The translations under genes and the position numbers were made by a program. A stretch of 64,000 nucleotides of DNA. Source: an uncultured virus (IMG/VR IMGVR_UViG_3300034284_002793). Its lineage: Duplodnaviria > Heunggongvirae > Uroviricota > Caudoviricetes. This document shows, piece after piece, positions 46,998 through 57,163 of the stretch (the first letter of the stretch is position 1; each line of letters starts with the position of its first letter). The stretch covers positions 1-64,000 of IMG/VR virus record IMGVR_UViG_3300034284_002793; one strand, 5' to 3'. The notes below the pieces were generated by a model, which had not been told where the DNA came from, did no database searches, and saw only the letters and a program-made list of their open reading frames with translations.

Positions 46998-49316
46998 TCA
47001 AAATATATAACCACTCCACCATTTTTGATCATAATTTCTCAAATCTATCATAAATTGGTCCATTTGATCATTTAGCATTCTTAATCTATCAAATTTACTT
47101 GGCTCTTTGTACCAACCAATATTTGGATCACTCCAGTCTATTATTGGTACATTATTTATGCCAGAAACTGAAAGTGTTGGAAATTCCTCTATGGGACCTG
47201 AAACATAAAAATCATTGTTATTTTGACTTGTAATTGCAAAACTTCCACTTTCTGGATTCCCTAATATTTTTTTTGCCAATTCTAGCATTTTTTTATAATC
47301 TTTTATATTTTTCCCATCGCTATCTTTTGCAAAATTTCCGCTAGTATCTTTTAAAAAATTTTCACCAGTCATTCCTAAAAATTGCATTGGCAAGTCAGTA
47401 GAAAAATAATTTTGATGATTGTTAAAATCATCCACCCAATAATCTCTTCCAATAACTCCTCCATGCAAATTTCCATCGTATGGTGATGTTTTTCTCTGCG
47501 CAGCGCAAGCATATGGGTTTGGAAAATAATATCTTCCAGGAGTTAAATCATTTAACATCTCACCAAGTAGGCATTCTTTAAATTCATTATCTCCAGATTT
47601 AAAATATAAATTATATGGAGTTTTTATAGATTTTTTTTCTATTCTATCAATCCATAAAAATGGATAATATTTTTCAGATTCAGCTATGCCATCAAATAGG
47701 TTAAAATATTGGTCTACGTTCAATCTTCTTGAGCCATTGCCATTTAAAACAATATCGCCACTTTTCAATATTGTTTTACAAAAAACATTTTTTCTCATAA
47801 TGGTGAGAGGATTGGTATCTTCAAAGTATAACGCTGGCATGCCAAAACTATCAAATGATGTTATCGCTGGAGTTACCTCTGCTTTTAGAGGTTTTGGAAT
47901 ATCAACGTAAAGCCAATTATATTTAAATATATCTTTTCTTACGTTGTGATTGTAGTGTTTTACAGCGACATTTCTGATAAGATATCCAGCGTCATCCGCC
48001 CCACCATTAGTTCTAAATCCAAAAAATATAGAATCTTTTGCTTGACCACTAACTGTTCCGCTCGCTATTCCATCTTCTATATAAAATCCACTACTATTTG
48101 TTCGAGTGGCATATGCGAATTTTTCATCATTTTCAATATATATATAATCCTGACCTTCTATTTTGCCACCTAAATTTTTTGGATCTAGTTGTGATCCTAA
48201 TAAATATCCAGATGGAGGGTTATTTAAACCTCCGCGATTAAAAATTTGAGCAGTATAATAATCCACCTCCCCATCAATAAAAAGCCTGTCTTGTGCAAAA
48301 TGATCCCAAAGTATAGATTTTTTTTCTATATCGTCTTGACCCAATTGCTGCTTTATACTTTCAGTATATTCTATAAATTTACCAGGAAGCCTTTGTGGAA
48401 TACCATCGGAAGAATTAAAATCAAAAATTGAAGAAACGACCGAATATCTCATAAACCATGGGTCTATGCATGCCACAAGAATACAAAATATAATACATCC
48501 ACAATATGAGCATGTTGCAGTTTTGGATACTAGGTAGTTTTGCCAGCCTATCGTCGGCTCTGGACCTCGAACTATTGTCCCATTATAATCCGTCAAAAAT
48601 TTTTCTGATGGAAATAATTCATTTTTTGCAGCTTTATCTGTAAGCCAATATTGGTCAAGGGCATAAATAACTAAATTAAGGGCATGCTCTCCGTTTCCAA
48701 TACAGCTATGGCCTTTATAAGAACAAACATAGCATGGCTCTCCGCATCCGCCAATCCAAAAACTTATAGACAGTGGGGAGAGTATATACGGCCACCAACC
48801 ATACTCTCTCCATTTTACAACTTCTCCAGTTAGTTCGTTAATATTTTCACTAAGTATGTCCTGATAATAATCTTTGACTAATTTTGTATTTCGTCCAAGC
48901 GCTGTTTGATCAGGCTTTGTAACAATACTGTCGTTTTTAACTAAATTGTATCTCGAATATGTGCTAAGGCATTTTTGATCGACGGATGTAGGGCGCTGCC
49001 CTTCGCGTGTAAAATCGCTATAAACCCAATTTTGAAAATTTGTTACAAATCCAAATAGTGGGGGGTTATTTGTAGAATATTTTTCTAAATCAACGTATTT
49101 TGGATTTTGCCAATGCCATGGCACGCCATATTCTTCTTTTATGCTACCAAATTTTGATGCAAGATAGCTTATAGAGCGTGTTGCTCCTATAAAGTATGTG
49201 CCAGATTGGCATGACAAGTCTTTATTTTCATTTTCTTCCGTGCCTTGGCCGGTGCGAATAATTCTTAAATTTGCTAAATTTGGATAATTGCACTGATTTA
49301 AATAATAATTTGACAT
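46998..49316 (-). CDS. large hypothetical protein, Cys/Trp/Tyr-rich
   Basis: 772-aa ORF. Confidence 0.75.
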   Translation of the reverse strand: MSNYYLNQCNYPNLANLRIIRTGQGTEENENKDLSCQSGTYFIGATRSISYLASKFGSIKEEYGVPWHWQNPKYVDLEKYSTNNPPLFGFVTNFQNWVYSDFTREGQRPTSVDQKCLSTYSRYNLVKNDSIVTKPDQTALGRNTKLVKDYYQDILSENINELTGEVVKWREYGWWPYILSPLSISFWIGGCGEPCYVCSYKGHSCIGNGEHALNLVIYALDQYWLTDKAAKNELFPSEKFLTDYNGTIVRGPEPTIGWQNYLVSKTATCSYCGCIIFCILVACIDPWFMRYSVVSSIFDFNSSDGIPQRLPGKFIEYTESIKQQLGQDDIEKKSILWDHFAQDRLFIDGEVDYYTAQIFNRGGLNNPPSGYLLGSQLDPKNLGGKIEGQDYIYIENDEKFAYATRTNSSGFYIEDGIASGTVSGQAKDSIFFGFRTNGGADDAGYLIRNVAVKHYNHNVRKDIFKYNWLYVDIPKPLKAEVTPAITSFDSFGMPALYFEDTNPLTIMRKNVFCKTILKSGDIVLNGNGSRRLNVDQYFNLFDGIAESEKYYPFLWIDRIEKKSIKTPYNLYFKSGDNEFKECLLGEMLNDLTPGRYYFPNPYACAAQRKTSPYDGNLHGGVIGRDYWVDDFNNHQNYFSTDLPMQFLGMTGENFLKDTSGNFAKDSDGKNIKDYKKMLELAKKILGNPESGSFAITSQNNNDFYVSGPIEEFPTLSVSGINNVPIIDWSDPNIGWYKEPSKFDRLRMLNDQMDQFMIDLRNYDQKWWSGYIF

Positions 49317-49344
49317 AGTCTAGTATATAGACTTTATTACATAT

Positions 49345-50391
49345 TTATATGTCAGATTCTATCATTTCTTTGATCAAGTCATCAAATGATATTTGCGGTA
49401 CCCATCCAAGTTCAGATTTTGCCATATTGGAATCGCCAAGCAATAAGTCTACTTCAGCTGGTCTATAAAAAGCAGGACTAATTTTTACAAGCGTATTTGA
49501 TTTTATGTTATTTTCTTGAGTAACAAAATTATCAATAACAAGCTTCTCATCTATGCCGTCACCCTCCCAATGATAGTATTTAATACCAGCATAGACAAAT
49601 GCTTTTTCAATAAATTCTTTAACTGTATGTGTTTTTCCAGAAGATAGTATATATTCTTTTGGTTCATTTTGATTTAGCATTATCCAAATGCCTTTTATAA
49701 AATCTTTAGCATGGCTCCAATCTCTTTTTGCGTAAATGTTTCCAAGCTCGAGCGGCTCAAAGACTTCTCCAGAAGTTATAGCTTTTTTAATTTTACCGAT
49801 ATGTTTTGTTATTTTTCTAGTAACGAATTCTTCACCGCGCCTTGGGCTTTCATGATTATATAATAATCCTTGTATCGCAAAAAGGTTATAACTTTCACGG
49901 TATACTTTTACAATATGTCTAGCGGCTGCTTTTGCGGCGCCGTATGGGCTTCTTGGCTTTAGGGGGTGTTTTTCATCTTGTGGGCTGTAATCAACATTGC
50001 CTAATTCTTCTGAGGATCCGGCATTATAAAATCTACATTTTGGGGCATGCTTTCTAATCGCCTCTAAGCATCTTATTACGCCTATTGAATCGATATCAAA
50101 TGTTTGTTCTGGAATTTGCCATGATGCGCCAACAAAGCTTTGAGCAGCTAAATTTATAAAATAATCTGGCACAATATCTCTGACAATATTATCTATTGAT
50201 TGAGAATCTGCAAGGTCTCCAGTTATTAGTTTGAATTTGTTATTGTTTAATAAATGTTTTATATTTTTATAATTATTTGTTGACGCTCTACGAACCATGC
50301 CATAAATTTCATAATCGGTATTTTCCAGCAAATATTCTGCCATATAAGACCCATCTTGTCCAGTCACCCCAGTAATTAAAACTTTTTTCAT
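49345..50391 (-). CDS. gmd: GDP-mannose 4,6-dehydratase
   Basis: ITGVTGQDGSY, LAAQSFV, PRSPYGAAK, NHESPRRG..FVTRKIT, RDW, RPAEVDLLLGD. Confidence 0.96.
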   Translation of the reverse strand: MKKVLITGVTGQDGSYMAEYLLENTDYEIYGMVRRASTNNYKNIKHLLNNNKFKLITGDLADSQSIDNIVRDIVPDYFINLAAQSFVGASWQIPEQTFDIDSIGVIRCLEAIRKHAPKCRFYNAGSSEELGNVDYSPQDEKHPLKPRSPYGAAKAAARHIVKVYRESYNLFAIQGLLYNHESPRRGEEFVTRKITKHIGKIKKAITSGEVFEPLELGNIYAKRDWSHAKDFIKGIWIMLNQNEPKEYILSSGKTHTVKEFIEKAFVYAGIKYYHWEGDGIDEKLVIDNFVTQENNIKSNTLVKISPAFYRPAEVDLLLGDSNMAKSELGWVPQISFDDLIKEMIESDI

Positions 50392-50406
50392 TGTTTGTTT
50401 ATATTG

Positions 50407-51057
50407 CTATTTAAGCGCATCAAATATAGATGAAAATGCGTGAAGATCCCAAAGATTTTGTAATTTCTCTACGACATCTGTATTATTGTTAATTTCGCGC
50501 CTAATATTTAAAATCATGTAATCAGTATCATGATGAATATTATAAATATCAAAATTATTTAATATAGATATTTTACTTAAAGAGACTAATGAGTATATGT
50601 ATTTTGCTTTTTTGAATTGCTCAATGTTACTTAAAATAAAATGTGGCGTAAATATACCAACATGCAAATCAATGTTTTTTGAAAAAAGTTCTTGAATTGA
50701 AAAAATAGATTTTAAGCATACATTTGATAAATCTGGAATAATAACTGAATCGATTTTTCCAGAAGCTAATAGTTTGGAAACATTTTTTTTATTAAAAATA
50801 TTCTCACCATATTCTTCAAATGCCGATGCTTGAATATCTGCCTTGATCAAGCTGTTGCTTGATACTAATGCACTGTTGTTATATTTTATTTTATTTGAAT
50901 ATAATTTTTTAAATAAATTAAAAATATCAGCTTGATTTAAAATATTATTGCCTGTATTGTCGCCAAAGTTAAAATAACAATACGCACAAATATTTTTATC
51001 TAAAATATTATTTTTAACGATATTTTGAGAATCGCAAAGATTACAAGCTTTACTCAT
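50407..51057 (-). CDS. hypothetical protein with N-terminal CxxC..CxxC
   Basis: ORF track; possibly a degenerate methyltransferase. Confidence 0.65.
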   Translation of the reverse strand: MSKACNLCDSQNIVKNNILDKNICAYCYFNFGDNTGNNILNQADIFNLFKKLYSNKIKYNNSALVSSNSLIKADIQASAFEEYGENIFNKKNVSKLLASGKIDSVIIPDLSNVCLKSIFSIQELFSKNIDLHVGIFTPHFILSNIEQFKKAKYIYSLVSLSKISILNNFDIYNIHHDTDYMILNIRREINNNTDVVEKLQNLWDLHAFSSIFDALK

Positions 51058-51087
51058 ATATATAATTTTAAGTATATTATATATATG

Positions 51088-51492
51088 TTATTTTGCGCAA
51101 ATTTTCCAGTAAATATCTTCTGCCTCTGACATTGATTTATTTAAAATTTCTTGATAATCTTCAACATCTGCCACTTCTTTTTTTCCAGTAATTAAATTTA
51201 ATAAATCTACATTACTGTCATTTAATACTTCATTAATTTGCTTTAGCTGGTTCTGCATTATTTCATTAACGCTTTCTTTCCATGCTTTTATAAAAGCTTT
51301 TTCAAATTTTTCTCTGTCCTGCTCTAAATAAGAATCTGACTCTATAATTTTGTTCCATAAAAAGGATACTATTGATAGTAGTAAATTTTCTTTCATTCCA
51401 TTGAAAATTTTTTCTTTGTAATTGTCTTCAAATATATTTGATGTATTATTTTCCACTAGAACCAAACCCCCTTTCACCGCGATCAGACTCAT
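51088..51492 (-). CDS. acidic helical hypothetical protein
   Basis: ORF track; start uncertain (GTG near 51456). Confidence 0.65.
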   Translation of the reverse strand: MSLIAVKGGLVLVENNTSNIFEDNYKEKIFNGMKENLLLSIVSFLWNKIIESDSYLEQDREKFEKAFIKAWKESVNEIMQNQLKQINEVLNDSNVDLLNLITGKKEVADVEDYQEILNKSMSEAEDIYWKICAK

Positions 51493-51865
51493 CTAGTGAA
51501 TCTACAAGTATCGGATCCCAGTTATAACATTTTTCAATAATTAATTGGGCAATTTTATCGCCAATATTGATTGTGTAATCATTTTCTCCAGAATTGTATA
51601 GAATAACTTTTATTTCGCCTCTATAGCCTGAATCAACAACCCCAGCGAAAACATCGAGTCCGTACTTATATGCCAGTCCAGATCTGGGGGCTACTCTGGC
51701 ATAATGCCCATCTGGAATTGAAATGGAAATCCCACAGCTTACAGCTTTCCAACTACGACCTTTTATTACATCTGGCTCAGATGAGTATAAATCAAGCCCA
51801 GCGTCAGATGGCGTGTTTCTAGTTGGTAATTTAGAATTTTTTGTTAAAAGTTTGACTTGTATCAT
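51446..51865 (-). CDS. dut: dUTPase (trimeric)
   Basis: AGLDL, PRSG, GVVDSGYRGE, IAQ, RGERGFGSSG; start at ATG 51865. Confidence 0.97.
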   Translation of the reverse strand: MIQVKLLTKNSKLPTRNTPSDAGLDLYSSEPDVIKGRSWKAVSCGISISIPDGHYARVAPRSGLAYKYGLDVFAGVVDSGYRGEIKVILYNSGENDYTINIGDKIAQLIIEKCYNWDPILVDSLDESDRGERGFGSSGK

Positions 51866-51901
51866 TAAACTATTATAGTTCAATATATTACAAAGACAAT
51901 A

Positions 51902-52315
51902 TTATATTTTTATAAGTTCTATGCCGAATTCTTTTGCTAGTTCTGTAGAAAAATCGTCACGCTCATAAGCTTCGTTATAATAAACTTCTTTTATTCCATA
52001 CATTGATATATTCTTTATACATTCAGAGCAGGGGCGTAGTGTGACTGCCATTAATTTAGCTTCATGTGGCTTAATGTAGCGCAAAGCAGCGGCTTCTGCG
52101 TGAGATACTCGACGACGCCTTTCGTCTCTATCGCTCCAATTAATCTCAACGCCTGGAGGCGCTCCATTGTAACCTATTGCAGCTACAGTATTATCATAGC
52201 GCAGAATACAGGCACCGACCTTCCTATAAGGATCTTCAGATCTAAGTGCGGCAGCTTTTGCAAGCTCCATGGCATATTCTGGCCAAGTTAATCGTTTATG
52301 CATCATATTTGACAA
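51902..52315 (-). CDS. dCMP deaminase family protein
   Basis: KVGAC, GYNG, HAE, PCSEC. Confidence 0.92.
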   Translation of the reverse strand: MSNMMHKRLTWPEYAMELAKAAALRSEDPYRKVGACILRYDNTVAAIGYNGAPPGVEINWSDRDERRRRVSHAEAAALRYIKPHEAKLMAVTLRPCSECIKNISMYGIKEVYYNEAYERDDFSTELAKEFGIELIKI

Positions 52316-54627
52316 GCACCACCAGCACAGGCTTGGGCTCCAAGAGTAGCGGCCTCTACGTAGGTTTGGTCTTTTTCTATTACACTAGACCAATCGACTT
52401 CTCGATGTTCTCTTTGTATGTCGCACCATGTTTTCCACAATGTAACATGTTTTAAACAATGCGCTGTCCTGCGATCATCGCCATTAAAATATCTTTGAGA
52501 AAACTGCTTCGCTCTCCTTAACCAGTCTTTTTTCGCAAACCAATTGTCATATTCTACTTTTTTTCCATAGTATGAAATAATTTTTTCATTATGCTCTTTA
52601 AGAGTATACCCATTCTTATGTGGAAATACTGGCTCAATCATGCTTTCTGGAACTTGCTCTCCAATGCCAAGAAATGCATCGCATGCTTTCCATAAATTAC
52701 CATCAAAAGCAGCTAGTCCATCTACAGTTAATCCAGAAGCAAACACTGAAGCATTTCCATATTGCTCAACAATCTCTTCTGGGGTTAAAACAGTGCTGAA
52801 TGGAGCCTGTGGGTAGTCAAGATCGCCAGAGGATGGCAGCAATGATATGCCAGAAAAATATTCTTGATTATTAAAAATAAACTTTTCGACATCCTTCCAT
52901 TCATTTGGTTGAACAACTACTGTGCATGACACATTATGCCTAACATATGGTTTTACGCATAGTTCTTGATTTGTGCCATGTTCTACCCAGTTTCTTTGAG
53001 TAGACTTGATTTGATCTAAAAACTGAACTGCTGATGTGGCATTTTTTAAAATAGCGCCTCTTGGCACTTCGCACAAAAACGAAACAACCTCATCGGTTCC
53101 GTTGGCTGACCAAACGCTTGTTTCTACAGCAAGTGGGTTTTGTGACTTATAATGCTGTGCTGGAAATTCATTGCGATTGGCTTGAACTCTGCGAATATAT
53201 CGTTTTGCATGGTGTGGGTGTATTCCAGAGGCGGTTCCAAGCACACAACTGGTTGATCCGGCTGGCTTTACGCATGTTGTTCTTGCAGATTGATTAATAC
53301 CAATCATTGCGGAAATTTTTTTATTTGTTTTTTTAATTTCCTCCGCGCCTTTTCTTTGAATTTTTGAATCTAAAAGAATTTCAGGATTATCCATGAATCC
53401 AGTTATCGAACAGCCAAGAAGGGCCTCTCTTTCAACTATTTTTTTAGTAGTATCTGTTAAATAGTTAAAACGAGTATACCCTGCCTGCATTGTTCCCAAA
53501 ATGGCAGATGCTCGGCATGCTTCATAAAACTCATCTTCGCTTGTGCAAAATTTTCCATTAATTTCCGTTAGATTACAGACTTGTATGCCGCTCTTGCCAT
53601 TAAAGTTTGGAATCATTCCAATTTCAGCACATGGGTTATATACAACGTCTGTTCCATGTAGCCAAATAAATCCAGGCTCACCAAATTGACGCGTTGACTC
53701 CATGAGGCTATGAAACTCTTCTGAAGTTGTTTTGCCTTTAATAAGGACAGCAGAATTATTAGACCTTGCTCTTTGAGGATTTTCTATAAACCAATTGCCA
53801 GTTTTAGCAGCAGCCATTTCGCCATCATTTAGTGAAAATTGACAGATAGTAGCAGATCTGCGAACGCCCCCAGATAAAACTGCATCGCTGGCATGCATAA
53901 TAATATCATATGCATCTATTGGGCGCAGCTTCCCAGCAAATTCATCTGTTTTGAATTCTGCACTATTAATTCGTTTTTCAATCAATGTCCTAATTTTTTC
54001 TATTGCCTTTTCAAGGCCTTTATGTCCAGGTGCTTTAAATTGACCAGCTATTAAGGCGCCCTCTGGACGAATAAGGCTATAATCAAAATTTACTTTGTGA
54101 CCAGACATTTCTGGAAATTCGCTGTCTTTTTCAGCAAAATAGCTATTGACAATAACCCCAATCGCATCGGCCCAGCCCTCAATGGAATCTTCTACTTTCC
54201 ATTTTCTCCAAGCAGAACTATCTACGTGATGAAGTTTGGGCAATTTATCAATGTGTTCTTTTTGAACAGAAAATCCAAGACCAACACCACAAAGTAATAC
54301 ATACATCGATTCTTGGAATGATCTTGCCCTATCAATATAGGTAGAAGAACAGTTATAGATTTTAAATTCTTCTTTCTCAATCCATTTTCCGCCAAATTGT
54401 AAAGCCCTTTGTGAGCCAAGAACTCTTTTCTTTCTTACCATTCTTTTTGCAAATTCAAATTCCTCTTTAAATTCTGGATTTGATTCTAGAACATGAGCAT
54501 ACTTTCTAGCATGCATTCCAAATACGCGCTCTACAATTTCTGGCCATGTCTCTCTTCTTTGTTTTTCTGGAAGATAGTGTGAGTATTTTGCGTACAATGT
54601 GTATTCTGAAAGTGCTTTTAGGCTCAT
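52303..54627 (-). CDS. nrdJ: class II (B12-dependent) ribonucleotide reductase, monomeric type
   Basis: RRETW, YNC, GGVRRSA, SNNS, NPCAEI, CNLTE, KPAGS, C-terminal CAGGAC. Confidence 0.93.
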   Translation of the reverse strand: MSLKALSEYTLYAKYSHYLPEKQRRETWPEIVERVFGMHARKYAHVLESNPEFKEEFEFAKRMVRKKRVLGSQRALQFGGKWIEKEEFKIYNCSSTYIDRARSFQESMYVLLCGVGLGFSVQKEHIDKLPKLHHVDSSAWRKWKVEDSIEGWADAIGVIVNSYFAEKDSEFPEMSGHKVNFDYSLIRPEGALIAGQFKAPGHKGLEKAIEKIRTLIEKRINSAEFKTDEFAGKLRPIDAYDIIMHASDAVLSGGVRRSATICQFSLNDGEMAAAKTGNWFIENPQRARSNNSAVLIKGKTTSEEFHSLMESTRQFGEPGFIWLHGTDVVYNPCAEIGMIPNFNGKSGIQVCNLTEINGKFCTSEDEFYEACRASAILGTMQAGYTRFNYLTDTTKKIVEREALLGCSITGFMDNPEILLDSKIQRKGAEEIKKTNKKISAMIGINQSARTTCVKPAGSTSCVLGTASGIHPHHAKRYIRRVQANRNEFPAQHYKSQNPLAVETSVWSANGTDEVVSFLCEVPRGAILKNATSAVQFLDQIKSTQRNWVEHGTNQELCVKPYVRHNVSCTVVVQPNEWKDVEKFIFNNQEYFSGISLLPSSGDLDYPQAPFSTVLTPEEIVEQYGNASVFASGLTVDGLAAFDGNLWKACDAFLGIGEQVPESMIEPVFPHKNGYTLKEHNEKIISYYGKKVEYDNWFAKKDWLRRAKQFSQRYFNGDDRRTAHCLKHVTLWKTWCDIQREHREVDWSSVIEKDQTYVEAATLGAQACAGGACQI

Positions 54628-54705
54628 AGTATTAAAAATGATTTAAATTTTTTTGACGCGCTTGCGTCAGTTTTTTATATTACGCTAATTTGTTTGGAAT
54701 GAAAA

Positions 54706-54733
54706 TTTTTTTTACGTGATGGCGTAAAAAAAA
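54706..54733. terminator. possible terminator hairpin
   Basis: TTTTTTTTACG-TGATGG-CGTAAAAAAAA. Confidence 0.4.
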
Positions 54734-54758
54734 TGAAAACAAAAAAAAGTGGTGTATG

Positions 54759-55592
54759 TTATTTTATAGACATATCAAATATCATCTCTTCTATAGATAA
54801 TATTTTACCATTCCATAACTGGCTATTCATTGATTGATCTATCGTAGATAATGTTTTATTAACAGTAATGTCACAAAGGCTAGGAGTAATATCAATATTT
54901 TTTTTAAAATACTTTTTAAATAATTCGAGTAAATGATATTTGCTAGCTGTATCTTGCGGAACTATATGCTGAACATTATTGACTTGTATATTATTTGATA
55001 TTATATTTTCACATATTTTGGCAAATTGAAGTGTTGTAATTCCATTCCAAAAATGATTAATATATCCTTCAATTGGGATATCGGTATTTTGGTTGAGAAA
55101 CCAAGAAAGTAAATTTTTTGATGTATTTAGTTCCTCACCAATGATTGAGCATCTAAGATTGTAGACTTTCTCATTTTTGATTTCTCCAAGACTTTTAGTT
55201 TTTCCGTACACATCAACTGCATCATGCGATGATAGCTCTGAATAGTTGCCAGATTTTCCAGAAAATACCCCATCGGTAGTTATGTTAATAATTCTTTTTG
55301 CAAGATCTGATTGCAATATCTTCATGGGAAGTAGCGTGTTGATATTGACTGCTTCAGACAAAAGATCTGGAGTTTTTTCCTTTGTTCTTAATATACCAGC
55401 ACAATTAATTAAATAATCATAAGGCAAAAAGAAACTAAAGAGTTCATCGTAATGAATATAGAATATATTATCCTCTCGACAAATTCTCCTATTTCTAGTA
55501 AAAGCATATATTGTCCAGTTTTTATTTTTGGATAGATATTTTACAACCGTATGCCCCAGCATTCCTCCAGAACCAACTACCGCAATTTTCAT
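54759..55592 (-). CDS. RmlD-like NDP-sugar reductase (SDR)
   Basis: GSGGMLG, NCAG, TTDGVFSG, YGKTK, WNGITT. Confidence 0.88.
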   Translation of the reverse strand: MKIAVVGSGGMLGHTVVKYLSKNKNWTIYAFTRNRRICREDNIFYIHYDELFSFFLPYDYLINCAGILRTKEKTPDLLSEAVNINTLLPMKILQSDLAKRIINITTDGVFSGKSGNYSELSSHDAVDVYGKTKSLGEIKNEKVYNLRCSIIGEELNTSKNLLSWFLNQNTDIPIEGYINHFWNGITTLQFAKICENIISNNIQVNNVQHIVPQDTASKYHLLELFKKYFKKNIDITPSLCDITVNKTLSTIDQSMNSQLWNGKILSIEEMIFDMSIK

Positions 55593-56515
55593 AAATAAAA
55601 ATTATTATCAGATAGTAGATTTTCTAAAGCTAGCTTATCCATTACATAATCTCTACTTGAAAATTCTTTATTAATAAAATTAACAGGCTTTTCAGAAGTT
55701 TTCGTTGGGCTAATTGCAAAATAATTGTCATGGCTTGTAGTTCTGAAAGCCTCCTCTTCGCTTATCATTACTTCGTGTATTTTTTCGCCAACTCTTGGTT
55801 TTGTAATAGAATATTGCAATCCAAATTTTTCTTTATAAATATCAAAAAGATCTTTTATTTTGAAAGATTTAATATTAGGAATTATTGTTGCCTGTGAAAA
55901 ATTTTGCATGCTATATAGAATTAAGTCTATTGCATCTTCTATGGATAGCATAAATCTGGTCATTTCTTCTGAATATAAATTTAATTCATATTTATTTTCT
56001 AGCGCGTTTTTAATTAATGGTATAATAGATCCAGTTGAATTTGTTACATTTCCGTATCTGCATGATACTAAAGGTACATGCGAGTTATTTACAATAAAAG
56101 ATTGTTCAGCAACGAATTTGCAGGCGCCATATATAGTTGTTGCCGCGCATGCCTTGTCGCTTGAAACAAAACATGCTGATTCAAAATTATTATCTTCAGC
56201 GGCAATTCTCGAATTTACTGCACCATTTATAATAGTATCTATTGCTTCAGTAGTGTTCTCGTCGCAAGCCGATATTTGCTTTAAGCTGGCTGTAAAAATG
56301 CCTACATTGCAATCTTTTGACTCTCTAATTAATCTATTTAAATTTCTAATATCTCCAACAACGCATTTTATTTTTGGATATTTTTTCTTTAATAAATAGT
56401 GCTTGGCCTCGTCTCTAGAAAAGCAAACAATTTCATTATCTTTATAAAGTCTTTCAATTAAATTTTTTCCAAGATATCCAGCGCCTCCAGTAATAAAAAT
56501 TCGCTTGTTTTTCAT
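55589..56515 (-). CDS. UDP-GlcNAc 4,6-dehydratase-like (PseB/FnlA/CapD family)
   Basis: TGGAGYLG, SRDE.K, GDIR, SDKA, YGACK, RYGNV..S.GS, MTRF, GEKIHE. Confidence 0.9.
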   Translation of the reverse strand: MKNKRIFITGGAGYLGKNLIERLYKDNEIVCFSRDEAKHYLLKKKYPKIKCVVGDIRNLNRLIRESKDCNVGIFTASLKQISACDENTTEAIDTIINGAVNSRIAAEDNNFESACFVSSDKACAATTIYGACKFVAEQSFIVNNSHVPLVSCRYGNVTNSTGSIIPLIKNALENKYELNLYSEEMTRFMLSIEDAIDLILYSMQNFSQATIIPNIKSFKIKDLFDIYKEKFGLQYSITKPRVGEKIHEVMISEEEAFRTTSHDNYFAISPTKTSEKPVNFINKEFSSRDYVMDKLALENLLSDNNFYL

Positions 56516-56518
56516 ATA

Positions 56519-57163
56519 TCATTTATGATGTATTGTAAATGTTTTATCTAAAAAATTTGTGCCAACGAGTTCACCAAATTCTTTATTGTATGGTCTTGTT
56601 TCGGCTAGTTTCCTAACTTGATTGCGGCATTCTTCTTGAGGCCAAGAGCATAAATTAGGAACAATGGCCCATTTATCAGCTAATAATTTTCTATTATTGT
56701 CGCTTGGGGGCCAAGAGCTTGGAATATTTAAAAATGGTATTTCTAAATCATAATAATACGCAATATTTGCTTCATTTAATCTAAATAAAAAATCCATATC
56801 TTCTTGACCGCCGCCGACAAATCTTTCATCAAAAAACCCTACCCTTCTTATAGTTTCTTTATGTATGCCAAAAAAACCAAGAGCATATAGGCCAACCAGC
56901 CCATAGCCAGATCTAAGTAATTGAATTATTTTATAAAAACTTTTGGATGATTCTGGTCTAGCCTTATCCGATAAGAATATGCAATATTCTGATTTAGAGC
57001 TTAAAATAGATTGATTCATCATCTCGGAATAACTTTTGGGGTTATTTGGAGTAAATAAATCAAAATTTATATCAGGGGTTGAGCGTATTAATTCGTCCGC
57101 CAAATGTTGCCTATTGGAGTTAATTGTGCAAGAAAATAAAGTCTCGTTAAAAAAATTATTCAT
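56519..57163 (-). CDS. GT2-like glycosyltransferase
   Basis: VGFFDERF..GG.ED.D...R. Confidence 0.8.
   Translation of the reverse strand: MNNFFNETLFSCTINSNRQHLADELIRSTPDINFDLFTPNNPKSYSEMMNQSILSSKSEYCIFLSDKARPESSKSFYKIIQLLRSGYGLVGLYALGFFGIHKETIRRVGFFDERFVGGGQEDMDFLFRLNEANIAYYYDLEIPFLNIPSSWPPSDNNRKLLADKWAIVPNLCSWPQEECRNQVRKLAETRPYNKEFGELVGTNFLDKTFTIHHK

Noticed and set aside
30637..54627. Inteins or introns in dnaE, dnaB, recA or nrdJ
   Set aside because: Lengths and motif spacing leave no room, and no intein terminal motifs were seen.
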